32,000 nucleotides of DNA, taken from the NCBI RefSeq assembly GCF_000023205.1, contig NC_012803.1:90001-122000 (forward strand). The letters run 5' to 3'. This DNA comes from Micrococcus luteus NCTC 2665 (GTDB taxonomy: Bacteria; Actinomycetota; Actinomycetes; Actinomycetales; Micrococcaceae). The translations under genes were made by a program, and so were the position numbers. The notes below the pieces were generated by a model. It saw only the letters and a list, made by a program, of their open reading frames with translations. It did no database searches and was not told the origin of the DNA. Positions 1 through 10,123 of this stretch are shown here, one piece after another. The first letter of the stretch is position 1; every line of letters begins with the position of its first letter.

Positions 1-1
1 C

Positions 2-253
2 CTGTTCCACTCGGACTTCGGCGCGCTGGCCTGGTGCTTCCTCGGCTTCCTCGCGTTCGCCGTCCTGCTGCCCTGGCTGGGGTGGATCCTCGCCGGGGCG
101 CTGCTGTTCTGGTGCGTCACCCGCGCGTTCGGCGCCCCGCACCCCGTGTTCGACATCCTCGTCGCCCTGTTCGTCTCCTCGCTGGCCTACCTCGGCTTCG
201 CGGTGGCCCTGGGCCTGACCCTGCCCTCGGGCATCCTGGGAGGTGGCTTCTGA
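2..253 (+). CDS. tctB: TctB-family small membrane subunit of a tripartite tricarboxylate transporter (5' end outside window)
   Basis: The frame is open from the window edge to TGA 251-253. The product is hydrophobic and Trp/Leu/Phe-rich (..LPWLGWILAGALLFWCV..LAYLGFAVALGLTL..). It ends 1 nt before the tctA start, matching the usual tctB-tctA order. It is not in the ORF track because it is truncated. Confidence 0.5.
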   Translation: MFHSDFGALAWCFLGFLAFAVLLPWLGWILAGALLFWCVTRAFGAPHPVFDILVALFVSSLAYLGFAVALGLTLPSGILGGGF

Positions 254-254
254 C

Positions 255-1760
255 ATGGAGACCCTCGGACTCCTCATGGAGGGCTTCGCCGGAGCCCTCA
301 CCCCCATGAACCTGCTCTGGGTGGTGCTGGGCTGTCTGCTCGGCACCGCGGTCGGCGTGATGCCTGGACTGGGCTCCTCGATGGCCGTGGCCCTGCTGCT
401 GCCCATGACCTTCGCCCTCGAGCCCACCGCCGCGTTCATCATGTTCTCCGGCGTGTACTTCGGCGGCCTCTTCGGCGACTCCACCATGGCCATCCTCATG
501 AACACCCCCGGCCAGGCCTCGGCCATCGCCTCCACGTTCGAGGGCCACCGCATGGCCCAGGACGGCCGGGCGGCCCAGGCCCTGGCGACGGCGGCGCTCG
601 GCGCCTTCATCGGCGGCATGGTGGCCTCGGTGTGCGTCGTGTTCCTCGCCCCCGTCCTGGCGGAGTTCTCCACGAGCTTCGGGCCCGCGGAGTACTTCGC
701 GCTCGCGCTCTTCGCGTTCGTGGCCACCTCCTCGGTGGTCGCGGACTCGGTGCTGCGCGGCCTGGCCTCCCTGGTGCTGGGACTGGGCATCGCCGTCGTC
801 GGGATCGATGCGGTGACCGGCGCCGAGCGCTTCACGATGGGCTCCCCGCAGCTGTTCGACGGCATCCCGCTCGTGACCGTCACGGTGGCGATCCTCGCGC
901 TCGGCGAGGTGTTCCACGTGGCCTCCCGGGTGCGCCGCGAGCACGAGGACCTGCGCATCCGCCGCACCGGCCGGCCGTGGCTCTCGGGCGCCGAGTTCCG
1001 CGAGGCCGCCCCTGCGTGGCTGCGCGGCACGGCGATCGGCCTGCCGTTCGGCATCGTGCCGGTGGGTGGCTCCGAGGTGCCGACGTTCCTGGCGTACTCG
1101 GTCGAGCGGCGCCTGGACCGGCGCCGGGCGCATCCGCAGTTCGGCCGGGGCGCGATCCGCGGGCTGGCGGCCCCCGAGGCGGCGGGCAACTCGACCACCG
1201 GCATGGCGATGGGCGCCCTGCTCACGCTCGGCCTGCCCGTCTCCGCGACGGCGGCCATCATGCTGGCGGCGTTCCGCCAGTACGGGCTGCAGCCCGGCCC
1301 GCTGCTGTTCGACCGCAGCCCGGACCTCGTGTGGGCGCTGCTGGCGAGCTTCTTCATCGCGATGATCGTGCTGCTGGCGATCAACCTGCCGTTCGCGCAG
1401 CTGTGGGCCAAGCTCCTGCTCATCCCGAAGCACTACCTCTACGCGGGGATCACGCTGTTCTGCGGGCTGGGCATCTACGCCACCACGGGCGCGGTGTTCG
1501 ACCTGCTGATGCTCCTGGGGATCGGCGTGCTGGGCTTCCTGATGCGGCGGTACGGCTACCCGCTGGCGCCGCTGATGATCGGCATGGTGCTCGGCCCGCT
1601 GGCGGAGACCAGCCTGCGCGACGCCCTGCTCAGCTCGGTGGGCGACCCGGCCGTGCTCGTCTCCACCCCCATCACGTGGGTGATCTACGGGATCCTGGCG
1701 ATCGTGCTGGCGTTCTCGGTGCGGGCCGCCGTCGTGAGCCGGACGCGCCAGGACGTGTGA
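255..1760 (+). CDS. tctA: Tripartite tricarboxylate transporter large permease TctA
   Basis: Taken from ORF track 243..1760. I prefer ATG 255 (METLGLLMEGFAGALTPMNLLWV..), a typical TctA N-terminus, over GTG 243. The product is a ~500-aa polytopic membrane protein with Gly/Ala-rich helices throughout. Confidence 0.85.
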   Translation: METLGLLMEGFAGALTPMNLLWVVLGCLLGTAVGVMPGLGSSMAVALLLPMTFALEPTAAFIMFSGVYFGGLFGDSTMAILMNTPGQASAIASTFEGHRMAQDGRAAQALATAALGAFIGGMVASVCVVFLAPVLAEFSTSFGPAEYFALALFAFVATSSVVADSVLRGLASLVLGLGIAVVGIDAVTGAERFTMGSPQLFDGIPLVTVTVAILALGEVFHVASRVRREHEDLRIRRTGRPWLSGAEFREAAPAWLRGTAIGLPFGIVPVGGSEVPTFLAYSVERRLDRRRAHPQFGRGAIRGLAAPEAAGNSTTGMAMGALLTLGLPVSATAAIMLAAFRQYGLQPGPLLFDRSPDLVWALLASFFIAMIVLLAINLPFAQLWAKLLLIPKHYLYAGITLFCGLGIYATTGAVFDLLMLLGIGVLGFLMRRYGYPLAPLMIGMVLGPLAETSLRDALLSSVGDPAVLVSTPITWVIYGILAIVLAFSVRAAVVSRTRQDV

Positions 1761-1793
1761 GCGGAGGCGGGATCCGCGCCCCCCCGAGGCGAC

Positions 1794-1848
1794 GCGGGTT
1801 GAGTTGTCACCGGTGTGCGGCCTCCGCACCCGTGACAACTCAACCCGC
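1794..1848. terminator. 55-nt near-perfect palindrome between convergent tctA and the citE-like gene (candidate bidirectional terminator or REP-like element)
   Basis: GCGGGTTGAGTTGTCAC (1794-1810) pairs perfectly with GTGACAACTCAACCCGC (1832-1848). An inner GTGCGG/CCGCAC pairing extends the stem. The element sits between two stop codons (1760 and 1873). Confidence 0.6.
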
Positions 1849-1872
1849 GTTTCTGGTGGGCGGCGGCCCCGC

Positions 1873-2838
1873 TCAGTAGTGGTACGTGTCCGACGGCGCC
1901 GTGATCGCGTTGTCCTGGTCCGGGTACCGCGTGGAGTGCACGCCGAACGCGGTGGCCAGCCCGAGGATCTTCTCCGCGCGCGCCTTGCGGGGCAGGTCGG
2001 AGCCGTTGCGGATCTCGCCGCCGTCGGCCTCGAAGTCCGCGAGGAACTCGTGGGCCCACGCCAGCTCCTCCTGGGACGGGCTGAGTCCTTCGTTCACGGC
2101 CGCGCACTGCTCCGGCGCGAGGCACAGCTTGCCGGTCATGCCGAACTCCGCGGTCACCGCCGTCGCCTCGGCGAGCTTCACGCCGGTGGAGCCCACGGTG
2201 GGCCCGTCGATCGCGCCCGGCAGCCCCGTGGCCTTCGCCGCGATCGTGAACTGGGACCGCGTGTACGCCAGCGCCTGCGGCGACTCGCCCAGGCCGGTGT
2301 CGCGGCGGAAGTCGCCGATCCCGAAGGCCAGCCGGAACGTGCCCTTCGCGGCGGCGATCGAGTCGATCCGCTGCAGCCCGCGCGCCGTCTCCACGAGCGC
2401 CACGACGGGCACCCCGGGCAGCCGTCGGGCGGTCTCGTTCACGTGGTCCGTGGACTCCACCATCGCCAGCACGACGCCGGCCAGGCCGCCCTCGGCGACC
2501 GGCCCGCCCAGGTGCGCGGGCAGGGCCGCGGCGAGCGCCTCGACGTCCTGCTCCCACCACCGTGAGCCGTAGCCGTTGAGCCGCACCCAGCCGGTGTGCC
2601 CGGAGGTCAGCCAGGCGACGGCGTCCGCGCGGGCCTGGTCCTTGTCCTTGGGGGCCACGGCGTCCTCGATGTCGAGGATGACGATGTCCGCGGCCGAGTC
2701 CTCGGCGGGCTGGAACCGTTCGGGCTGGGCGGCGTTGACCAGCAGCCAGGAGCGGGCGAGCTCCGGGTCGATGCGCTGGCCGGGCACGGGCTGGAACGCG
2801 GGGGAGGGGGTGATCGCGGCGGGCAGGGTCACGGTCAT
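1873..2838 (-). CDS. HpcH/HpaI aldolase / citrate lyase beta-subunit-like (CitE family) protein
   Basis: ORF 1873..3183 is trimmed to ATG 2838 (MTVTLPAAI..), which is preceded by AAGGAG (complement of 2845-2850) at 6-nt spacing. The motif DIVILDIEDAV and the overall ~320-aa layout are typical of CitE/HpcH enzymes. The upstream 115 codons are Arg/Pro-rich and lack an RBS. Confidence 0.8.
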   Translation of the reverse strand: MTVTLPAAITPSPAFQPVPGQRIDPELARSWLLVNAAQPERFQPAEDSAADIVILDIEDAVAPKDKDQARADAVAWLTSGHTGWVRLNGYGSRWWEQDVEALAAALPAHLGGPVAEGGLAGVVLAMVESTDHVNETARRLPGVPVVALVETARGLQRIDSIAAAKGTFRLAFGIGDFRRDTGLGESPQALAYTRSQFTIAAKATGLPGAIDGPTVGSTGVKLAEATAVTAEFGMTGKLCLAPEQCAAVNEGLSPSQEELAWAHEFLADFEADGGEIRNGSDLPRKARAEKILGLATAFGVHSTRYPDQDNAITAPSDTYHY

Positions 2839-3182
2839 GAGGGGCTCCTTCACGGGGCTGGGGCGTCGGGCCGAGGTCGCGGGCGGGGTGCCTTGCGCGG
2901 CGGACGGCCGGGGGACGGACCAGGTGGGCCCTGAGCGAGCGGCGTCGGTTCGACGCCGAAGGGCGCCGCGGGTGTGCGGCGCGTCCACAGCACAGTACAC
3001 GCCGCTGTGTCCGACGTCACCCGGGTGGGCGTGGATCTCGGCTGAGAAGGGGTGACGGGTGCGGGGGGAGCGCGTAGCGTTCATCGGGGTCCGGACGACG
3101 TCGGCCGCGCAATGGGGCGCGGCCCTCCGCGCGTCGGTCGGGCCGCGACACACCCCTGCCCACCGGACCACGAGGACGCTCA

Positions 3183-4463
<1,281 letters not shown>

Positions 4464-4536
4464 CGGGGGGGCGGCCCCGCCGCCTGACCCCGTCCGGCCG
4501 CCCGAGCGCGGCCCCGCTGCCCGACCGCGGGCCGGC

Positions 4537-4564
4537 GGCCCGGAACCCCCGGAGGTTCCGGGCC
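4537..4564 (+). terminator. GC-rich hairpin downstream of gdh
   Basis: GGCCCGGAACC (4537-4547) pairs with GGTTCCGGGCC (4554-4564) around a 6-nt loop. It lies 74 nt after the gdh stop. There is no U-tract, which is common in high-GC actinobacteria. Confidence 0.5.
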
Positions 4565-4621
4565 GTCGTCCTGGGTGGGCTCGGCCTGATGTGCCCCCAC
4601 GGACCGTGACGTCCGTCTCTA

Positions 4622-4679
4622 TTTCGAATTTTGACGATCGGGCCTGGACAGCGCGCCCGGATGATGTTTGAATTTGAAA
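4622..4679. repeat. AT-rich island with an imperfect dyad; possibly a degenerate member of the TTTCGAAC repeat family and/or the yceI promoter-operator
   Basis: TTTCGAATTTTGA (4622-4634) matches the reverse complement of TTTGAATTTGAAA (4667-4679) at 9 of 13 positions. The adjacent GATCGGGCC resembles GATCGGCCC in the loop region of the 8593-8663 repeat. This is the only clearly AT-rich stretch in the window. Confidence 0.35.
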
Positions 4680-4760
4680 CAAGTTCGGAGGCTGAGGAGC
4701 CGCCCGCCGCGGCGGCCCACCCCGGACACACCAGACAGACCCGCTGAGAAGGAGCACCCC

Positions 4761-5312
4761 ATGCACGCCATCACCCCCGGAACCTGGAACCTGGACCCCG
4801 CGCACTCGGACGTCGACTTCGTCGTCCGCCACGCCGGCATCTCCAAGGTCCGCGGCACCTTCCACGCCGTGGAGGGCCAGCTCGTCATCGCCGAGGAGTT
4901 CACCCAGTCCTCCGTCGAAGTGACCGTCGACGTCGCCTCCATCAGCACCAAGAACGAGGGCCGCGACGCCCACCTGCGCTCCGCCGATTTCTTCGACGTG
5001 GAGCAGTTCCCCACCATGACCTTCCGCTCCACCGAGGTCCGCGGCGAGCCCGAGGAGTTCACCCTGGTCGGCGAGCTGACGCTGCACGGCGTCACCCAGA
5101 CCGTGGAGCTCGAGGCTGAGTTCGGCGGCCAGGACAAGGATCCCTTCGGCGTGACCCGCGTGGGCTTCGAGGCCACGGGCGAGATCTCCCGCAAGGACTT
5201 CGGCCTGACCTGGAACGCGGCCACCGAGGCCGGCGGCCTCCTGGTCTCGGACAAGGTGAAGCTCGAGATCGGCGCCGCCTTCGTGCTGCCCGAGGCCGAC
5301 GCCCAGGCCTGA
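4761..5312 (+). CDS. YceI-like polyisoprenoid/lipid-binding protein
   Basis: ORF 4668..5312 is trimmed to ATG 4761, which is preceded by GAGAAGGAG. The N-terminus TWNLDPAHSDVDFVVRHAGISKVRGTF and the C-terminal ISRKDFGLTWN block are characteristic of YceI. Confidence 0.85.
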   Translation: MHAITPGTWNLDPAHSDVDFVVRHAGISKVRGTFHAVEGQLVIAEEFTQSSVEVTVDVASISTKNEGRDAHLRSADFFDVEQFPTMTFRSTEVRGEPEEFTLVGELTLHGVTQTVELEAEFGGQDKDPFGVTRVGFEATGEISRKDFGLTWNAATEAGGLLVSDKVKLEIGAAFVLPEADAQA

Positions 5313-5336
5313 GCCTGAGTCGACCTCGCGCGTCGA

Positions 5337-5365
5337 GACCGGGTCCCTCGATGAGGGGCCCGGTC
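5337..5365 (+). terminator. Hairpin downstream of the yceI-like gene
   Basis: GACCGGGTCCCTC (5337-5349) pairs with GAGGGGCCCGGTC (5353-5365). This is a 13-bp stem with one mismatch and a 3-nt loop. It starts 25 nt after the stop codon. Confidence 0.5.
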
Positions 5366-5384
5366 TGCTCGTAGGGTGGGGCCC

Positions 5385-6110
5385 ATGATGGCTTCGAAGA
5401 CCCCGCACCAGAACGTCACGTTCGACCTGCCCACGAAGGACGCCGGCCAGGACGGCGACCGGACGGGTCACGGCTACCTCGCACTGCCCCCCTCCGGGAA
5501 GGGCCCCGGCGTGATCGTGATCCAGGAGTGGTGGGGCCTGGTGGACCACATCAGGGATGTGTGCGACCGCCTCGCCGACCTCGGCTTCGTCGCGCTCGCC
5601 CCCGACCTCTACGGCGGCTGGATCGCCCACGACGGCGACGAGGCCCTCGAGATGATGCAGAACCTGCCCGCCGAGGAGGGCGCCCGCCAGCTCGCCGGCG
5701 CCGTCGACTGGCTCCTCGCGCGGGACGAGGTGACCTCGCAGACCGTGGGGGCGATCGGCTTCTGCATGGGCGGCGGCTTCGTGCTCGCCCTCGCGGCCCA
5801 GCAGGGGGACAGGGTCTCCGCCGCCGTGCCCTTCTACGGCGTGGGCCAGGGCGTGCCCGGCGACTTCTCCGGCGTCACCGCCGCCGTCCAGGGCCACTAC
5901 GCCGAGCAGGACGATTCCTTCCCCGTCGAGGACGCGCGGAGGCAGGAGCAGCAGATCCGCGAGGAGTCCGGGGCCGACGTCGAGTACTTCTACTACGACG
6001 CCCCGCATGCCTTCCACAACGACGAGAACCCCCAGGGCAACTACCGCCCCGAGGCCGCGGCCCTCGCCTGGGACCGCGCCGTCTCCTTCCTGAAGGAGAA
6101 GGTCCGCTGA
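5385..6110 (+). CDS. Dienelactone hydrolase family protein
   Basis: GVIVIQEWWGL, APDLYGG and the nucleophile-elbow-like GFCMGGG are typical of the DLH family. I prefer ATG 5385 because a TAGGGT -10-like hexamer (5372-5377) lies 7 nt upstream, consistent with a leaderless mRNA. Confidence 0.85.
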   Translation: MMASKTPHQNVTFDLPTKDAGQDGDRTGHGYLALPPSGKGPGVIVIQEWWGLVDHIRDVCDRLADLGFVALAPDLYGGWIAHDGDEALEMMQNLPAEEGARQLAGAVDWLLARDEVTSQTVGAIGFCMGGGFVLALAAQQGDRVSAAVPFYGVGQGVPGDFSGVTAAVQGHYAEQDDSFPVEDARRQEQQIREESGADVEYFYYDAPHAFHNDENPQGNYRPEAAALAWDRAVSFLKEKVR

Positions 6111-6196
6111 GCGGCTCCCGTGGCGGCCGGGGCGGGAAGTCCCGCGCGAGCAGGGGCGGCCCCGCCCGGTCCACCCGCTCCGGCGGCGGGCGCGGC

Positions 6197-7102
6197 GTGG
6201 CCAAGGGCGTGAAGCCCGCGGGCCGTGCCGGGGGTGAGGGCCGGCGTCGTCCCGCGCCCGCGCCACCGGCCGACCTGCCCGTCCCGCCCGAGACCCTCTT
6301 TCTGGCCACCATCCCCGGGGCCACGCCGTCCACGTGGGTGGAGCGGTTCACCACGCGCCAGCGCACGGTGCAGCTCGTCAACCACGACGACGCCGCCCAG
6401 CTGGCCCACCTCGCCCACGACGACGCCGGTCAGCCCCGCCACTTCCTGCCGCAGCTGGGCTACGTGCGGCGCCGACGCGACGTGTCCGTCGAGGAGTTGC
6501 TGCGCGCCGGCGGCGTCGACCCGCGGCACGTGCACCTCGTGGGCGTGTACTCCGAGCTGCCGGTGGTGTGCGTGGGCAGGGACCACCTGCTTGCCGCGTG
6601 GGACGTGGACGCGGACGGCCCCGTGCCGCCCGCGGAGCTCGACCCGGACGAGGAGCTGGATCCCGCCCGCTTCGCCCCGGCCCCCAGCGCGGAGCCGATG
6701 GACGCCGCCGAGCTGCCCGGCGCGGGCGAGCGGATGGCCCTGGAGATCGCCGCGTCCGGCGCCGGCCACGTCGTGCTGCCGATGTCCGTGGCCCGCATGT
6801 TCGGCCGCAAGGACGTGATCGTGCTGCCGCTGGCCTCCACCCTCGACGACACCGTGGGCCTGTCCCGCGCCGACCGCGAGGCCGCCGCCACGCGGTCCGC
6901 GCTCGCGGACGAGCAGGCGCGGGCCGAGGCGGAGGCGGGCGCCGCCGTCGTCGACGGGGCGGATTCCGCGGGTCAGGGCGACGACGACGCCCGCCACCCC
7001 GGCTGGGACGTCGCCCTGGCCTGGCTCAAGGCGGCCGACTCGGAGCTCGTGCAGGCGTTCGTGGGGGTGGCGCGCGGGCGAAGGGGCGCCAGCTCGCGCT
7101 GA
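6197..7102 (+). CDS. LysR-substrate-binding-domain-like protein with no recognisable HTH (start uncertain)
   Basis: This is the C-terminal part of the frame 5528..7102. LFLATIPGATPSTWVERFTTRQ..VQLV resembles actinobacterial LysR_substrate-only proteins. The first canonical start after the DLH stop is GTG 6197, with an alternative GTG at 6209. An in-frame RGG-rich segment extends upstream to a CTG at 6107. Confidence 0.5.
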   Translation: MAKGVKPAGRAGGEGRRRPAPAPPADLPVPPETLFLATIPGATPSTWVERFTTRQRTVQLVNHDDAAQLAHLAHDDAGQPRHFLPQLGYVRRRRDVSVEELLRAGGVDPRHVHLVGVYSELPVVCVGRDHLLAAWDVDADGPVPPAELDPDEELDPARFAPAPSAEPMDAAELPGAGERMALEIAASGAGHVVLPMSVARMFGRKDVIVLPLASTLDDTVGLSRADREAAATRSALADEQARAEAEAGAAVVDGADSAGQGDDDARHPGWDVALAWLKAADSELVQAFVGVARGRRGASSR

Positions 7103-7154
7103 GGGCGGGCCCGCCTATGCTCGGAATGACCCGCATCACACTCAAGGAGGGCGC

Positions 7155-8546
7155 ATGTCCGAGCATCAGCAGCACGTCGGCCGCCGGGACCCCCGGATCA
7201 GCGACGAGGCCATCGAGCGGGGCCGCCGCGCCCACGAGCTCGACCGCGCGCACGTGTTCCACTCGTGGAGCGCGCAGCGCGATCTGAATCCGATGACCAT
7301 CCTCGACGCCGAGGGGTCGTGGGTGTGGGACGGTGAGGGTCGGCCCATGGTCGACTTCAGCGGGCAGCTCGTCTTCACGAACGTCGGCCACCGCCACCCG
7401 AAGATCGTGGCCGCGATCCGCGAACAGGCCGAGACGCTCGCCACCGTGGCCCCGCAGCACGTCAACGACGCCCGGTCCGAGGCAGCCCGGCTGATCACCG
7501 AGCGGCTGCCGGAGTCCATCAACCACGTGTTCTTCACGAACGCGGGCGCGGAGGCCAACGAGCACGCGGTGCGGATGGCACGCCTGCACACGGGTCGGCA
7601 CAAGGTGCTCTCCGCGTACCTCTCGTACCACGGCGCCACGCGCCTGACCGCGAACCTGACCGGCTCCCTGCGACGCGTGGGCTCGGACTCGGCGTCCGAC
7701 GGCGTCGTGCACTTCCAGCCCGCGTACACGTACCGCTCCGCGTTCGGCTCGGAGAGCGATGAGCAGGAGGCCGAGCGCGCGCTGGCCCACCTGCGCGACG
7801 TGATCGAGCTCGAGGGTCCCTCCACCGTGGCCGCCGTGGTCCTCGAGGCCGTCCCCGGCACCGCGGGCATCTTCCTGCCGCCGCCGGGCTACATGGCCGG
7901 CGTCGGGGAGCTGTGCCGCGAGCACGGGATCCTGCTGATCATCGACGAGGTCATGGTCGGCTTCGGCCGCGTGGGCGAGTGGTTCGGCCACCAGCTCACG
8001 GGCGTCACCCCGGACATCGTCACGTTCGCCAAGGGGGTCAACTCCGGGTACGTGCCGTTGGGCGGCGTCGCCATGAGCGACGACGTCTACGAGAGCTTCG
8101 CGACCACGCCCTACCCCGGCGGCCTGACCTACTCGGGCCACCCCCTCGCGTGCGCGGCCGCCGTCGCCGCGATCACCGCGATGGAGGAGGAGGGCATGGT
8201 GGCCCATGCGAAGCGCATCGGCGAGGAGGTCATCGGGCCGCGCCTGGCCGAGATCGCCGTGGCCCATCCGAGCGTGGGCGACGTGCGCGGCGCCGGCGCG
8301 TTCTGGGCCGTCGAGCTGGTGAAGGACCGGCAGACCCGGGAGCGGTTGGCCCCGCTCGGCCAGGTGGCGCCCGTGATGGGGCGGATGATGGCCGAGGCCA
8401 AGGACCGCGGGCTGCTGCTGTTCATGGCCGAGAACCGGTTCCACCTGTGCCCGCCGCTGAACATCTCGGACGAGGACCTGCGCTTCGGCCTCGACGTGCT
8501 CGACCGGGTCCTCACCCTCGCCGACGAGGAGGTCGCGGCCAGCTGA
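7155..8546 (+). CDS. Class-III (omega) PLP-dependent aminotransferase
   Basis: The SD AAGGAGG lies upstream of ATG 7155. Motifs FTNAGAEANE, IIDEVMVGFGRVG and TFAKGVNSG (PLP-lysine region) are present. The length is ~460 aa. Confidence 0.9.
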   Translation: MSEHQQHVGRRDPRISDEAIERGRRAHELDRAHVFHSWSAQRDLNPMTILDAEGSWVWDGEGRPMVDFSGQLVFTNVGHRHPKIVAAIREQAETLATVAPQHVNDARSEAARLITERLPESINHVFFTNAGAEANEHAVRMARLHTGRHKVLSAYLSYHGATRLTANLTGSLRRVGSDSASDGVVHFQPAYTYRSAFGSESDEQEAERALAHLRDVIELEGPSTVAAVVLEAVPGTAGIFLPPPGYMAGVGELCREHGILLIIDEVMVGFGRVGEWFGHQLTGVTPDIVTFAKGVNSGYVPLGGVAMSDDVYESFATTPYPGGLTYSGHPLACAAAVAAITAMEEEGMVAHAKRIGEEVIGPRLAEIAVAHPSVGDVRGAGAFWAVELVKDRQTRERLAPLGQVAPVMGRMMAEAKDRGLLLFMAENRFHLCPPLNISDEDLRFGLDVLDRVLTLADEEVAAS

Positions 8547-8592
8547 CGGGGCCCGCCCCCAGCCCCGCCTCGCCCTGCCCGCCCCCGCCCAG

Positions 8593-8663
8593 CGTTTTCG
8601 AACGTGAAATGGGGGTTCTCAGCGCTTTCGGTCGTGGGATCGGCCCTATCTCACGACCGAAAG
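8593..8663. repeat. Structured intergenic repeat, copy A (two direct units plus one inverted unit)
   Basis: u1 is CGTTTTCGAACGTGAAAT (8593-8610). u2 is CTTTCGGTCGTGGGAT (8625-8640). u3 is ATCTCACGACCGAAAG (8648-8663), which is the reverse complement of u2 with one mismatch. The copy lies between the convergent aminotransferase and permease genes. Confidence 0.6.
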
Positions 8664-8685
8664 TGCGCGTGGCGCGGGATCGGGG

Positions 8686-10023
8686 TCAGCCGAGCCGGCC
8701 GGCCTCCGAGGCCTCGAACTGCTCCTCGTCCTCGGGCACCGGCTCGGTGCCGCGGGCGCGGGCGATCGCCGTCATGAGGTGGTACACCACCAGGGCGGCG
8801 ACCGTGCCGAGCGTGATGCCACCGAACACGAGCCCGCCCACCACGAGCTGGGGGTCGGCGATCGCGATGATCAGCCCCGCACCCGCCGCCATGAGGTTCA
8901 CGGTGTTGGAGAAGTCCACACGGTTCTGCACCCAGATGCGCACGCCCATCATGCCGATCATCCCGTAGAGGATGATGCCCGCGCCGCCGGCCACCCCGGC
9001 CGGGATGGTGGCGACGGCGGCCCCGAACTTCGGCAGGAACGCGAGGGCGATCGCGGTGAGGCCGGCTACCCAGTACGCCGCTGTCGAGTAGACCCGCGAG
9101 CTGGCCATCACGCCGATGTTCTCCGCATACGTGGTGGTGCCGACGCCGCCGCCCGCGCCGGAGAGCATGGTGGACAGGCCGTCCGCGATCAGGGCACGGC
9201 CGGTGAGCGGGTCCAGGTCGCGCTTGGTCATCAGCCCGACGGTCCTGACATGGCCGATGTTCTCCGCGACCAGCACGAGCACCACGGGCAGGAACAGGGG
9301 CAGCAGGTCCCAGCGAAGCTCCGGGCCGTGGAAGGGCGGCAGCCCGATCCAGGCGGCCTCCCGGACGGCGGCGAAGTCCACCTGGCCCTGCGCGAGGGCC
9401 AGCACGTAGCCCACCACGATGCCCACGAGGATGGACAGGCGGCCCAGGAGCCCCCGGAACGCCACCGCCGTGAGCACCACCGCCAGGGCCGTGCCGAACG
9501 TGGTGACGGGCACCTCCTGCATGGCCGTCGTCGTGGCGCCGGCGAGGTTGAGGCCGATCAGGGCCACGATCGTGCCCATCACCGCCGGTGGCATGAGCGC
9601 GTGGATCCAGCCGGTGCCGGCGCGGTGCACGATCACGCCGATCACCGTGAGCAGCAGGCCCGTCACGAGGATGCCGCCGAGCGCGGCCCCCGTGCCGCCG
9701 ATCGTGGTGGCTGCAGTCAGCGGTGCGATGAACGCGAACGAGCTGCCCAGGTACGAGGGCAGACGATTGCCCGTGATGACCAGGAAGAGCAGGGTGCCGA
9801 GGCCGGAGAAGAGCAGCGCCGTCGTCGCGGGCATGCCGGTCAGGGCGGGCACGAGCACGGTGGCGCCGAACATGGCCATCACGTGCTGCACGCCGATGCC
9901 CACGGTCCGCGGCCAGCTCAGCCGCTCGTCCGGGGCGACGACGGTGCCCGGGGTGATGGTGCGGCCGTCGCCGTGGAGGCGCCAGCCGGGGCCGCGTGAG
10001 GGCCGGGTGGGGGTGGGGGACAT
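8686..10023 (-). CDS. NCS2-family nucleobase (uracil/xanthine) permease
   Basis: GVQHVMAMFGATVLVPALTG and AENIGVMA..RV are hallmark motifs of uracil/xanthine permeases. The product is a ~445-aa polytopic membrane protein. Confidence 0.85.
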   Translation of the reverse strand: MSPTPTRPSRGPGWRLHGDGRTITPGTVVAPDERLSWPRTVGIGVQHVMAMFGATVLVPALTGMPATTALLFSGLGTLLFLVITGNRLPSYLGSSFAFIAPLTAATTIGGTGAALGGILVTGLLLTVIGVIVHRAGTGWIHALMPPAVMGTIVALIGLNLAGATTTAMQEVPVTTFGTALAVVLTAVAFRGLLGRLSILVGIVVGYVLALAQGQVDFAAVREAAWIGLPPFHGPELRWDLLPLFLPVVLVLVAENIGHVRTVGLMTKRDLDPLTGRALIADGLSTMLSGAGGGVGTTTYAENIGVMASSRVYSTAAYWVAGLTAIALAFLPKFGAAVATIPAGVAGGAGIILYGMIGMMGVRIWVQNRVDFSNTVNLMAAGAGLIIAIADPQLVVGGLVFGGITLGTVAALVVYHLMTAIARARGTEPVPEDEEQFEASEAGRLG

Positions 10024-10123
10024 GGCCGCCTGCCGAGGGGTCGGGGATGGGGGGTGTCGGGCGTTTCTCGGGGGCCTGGAAGCCTGCGCACAGCCCCGGT
10101 TCCGCGCCGGTGATTAGGGTACC

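Noticed and set aside
117-1879. Long ORFs antisense to or out of frame with tctA (117..1838 minus, 573 aa; 632..1879 plus, 415 aa)
   Set aside because: Their composition is dominated by Arg/Gly/His/Asp/Pro and they have no recognisable motifs or RBS. They fully overlap a well-supported membrane-protein gene. This is typical stop-codon depletion in off-frames of very GC-rich DNA.
2941-2957. GGCGTCGGTTCGACGCC hairpin containing a T-loop-like GGTTCGA, considered as part of a tRNA
   Set aside because: No acceptor, D or anticodon arms can be drawn in the flanking sequence, and the loop length is non-canonical.
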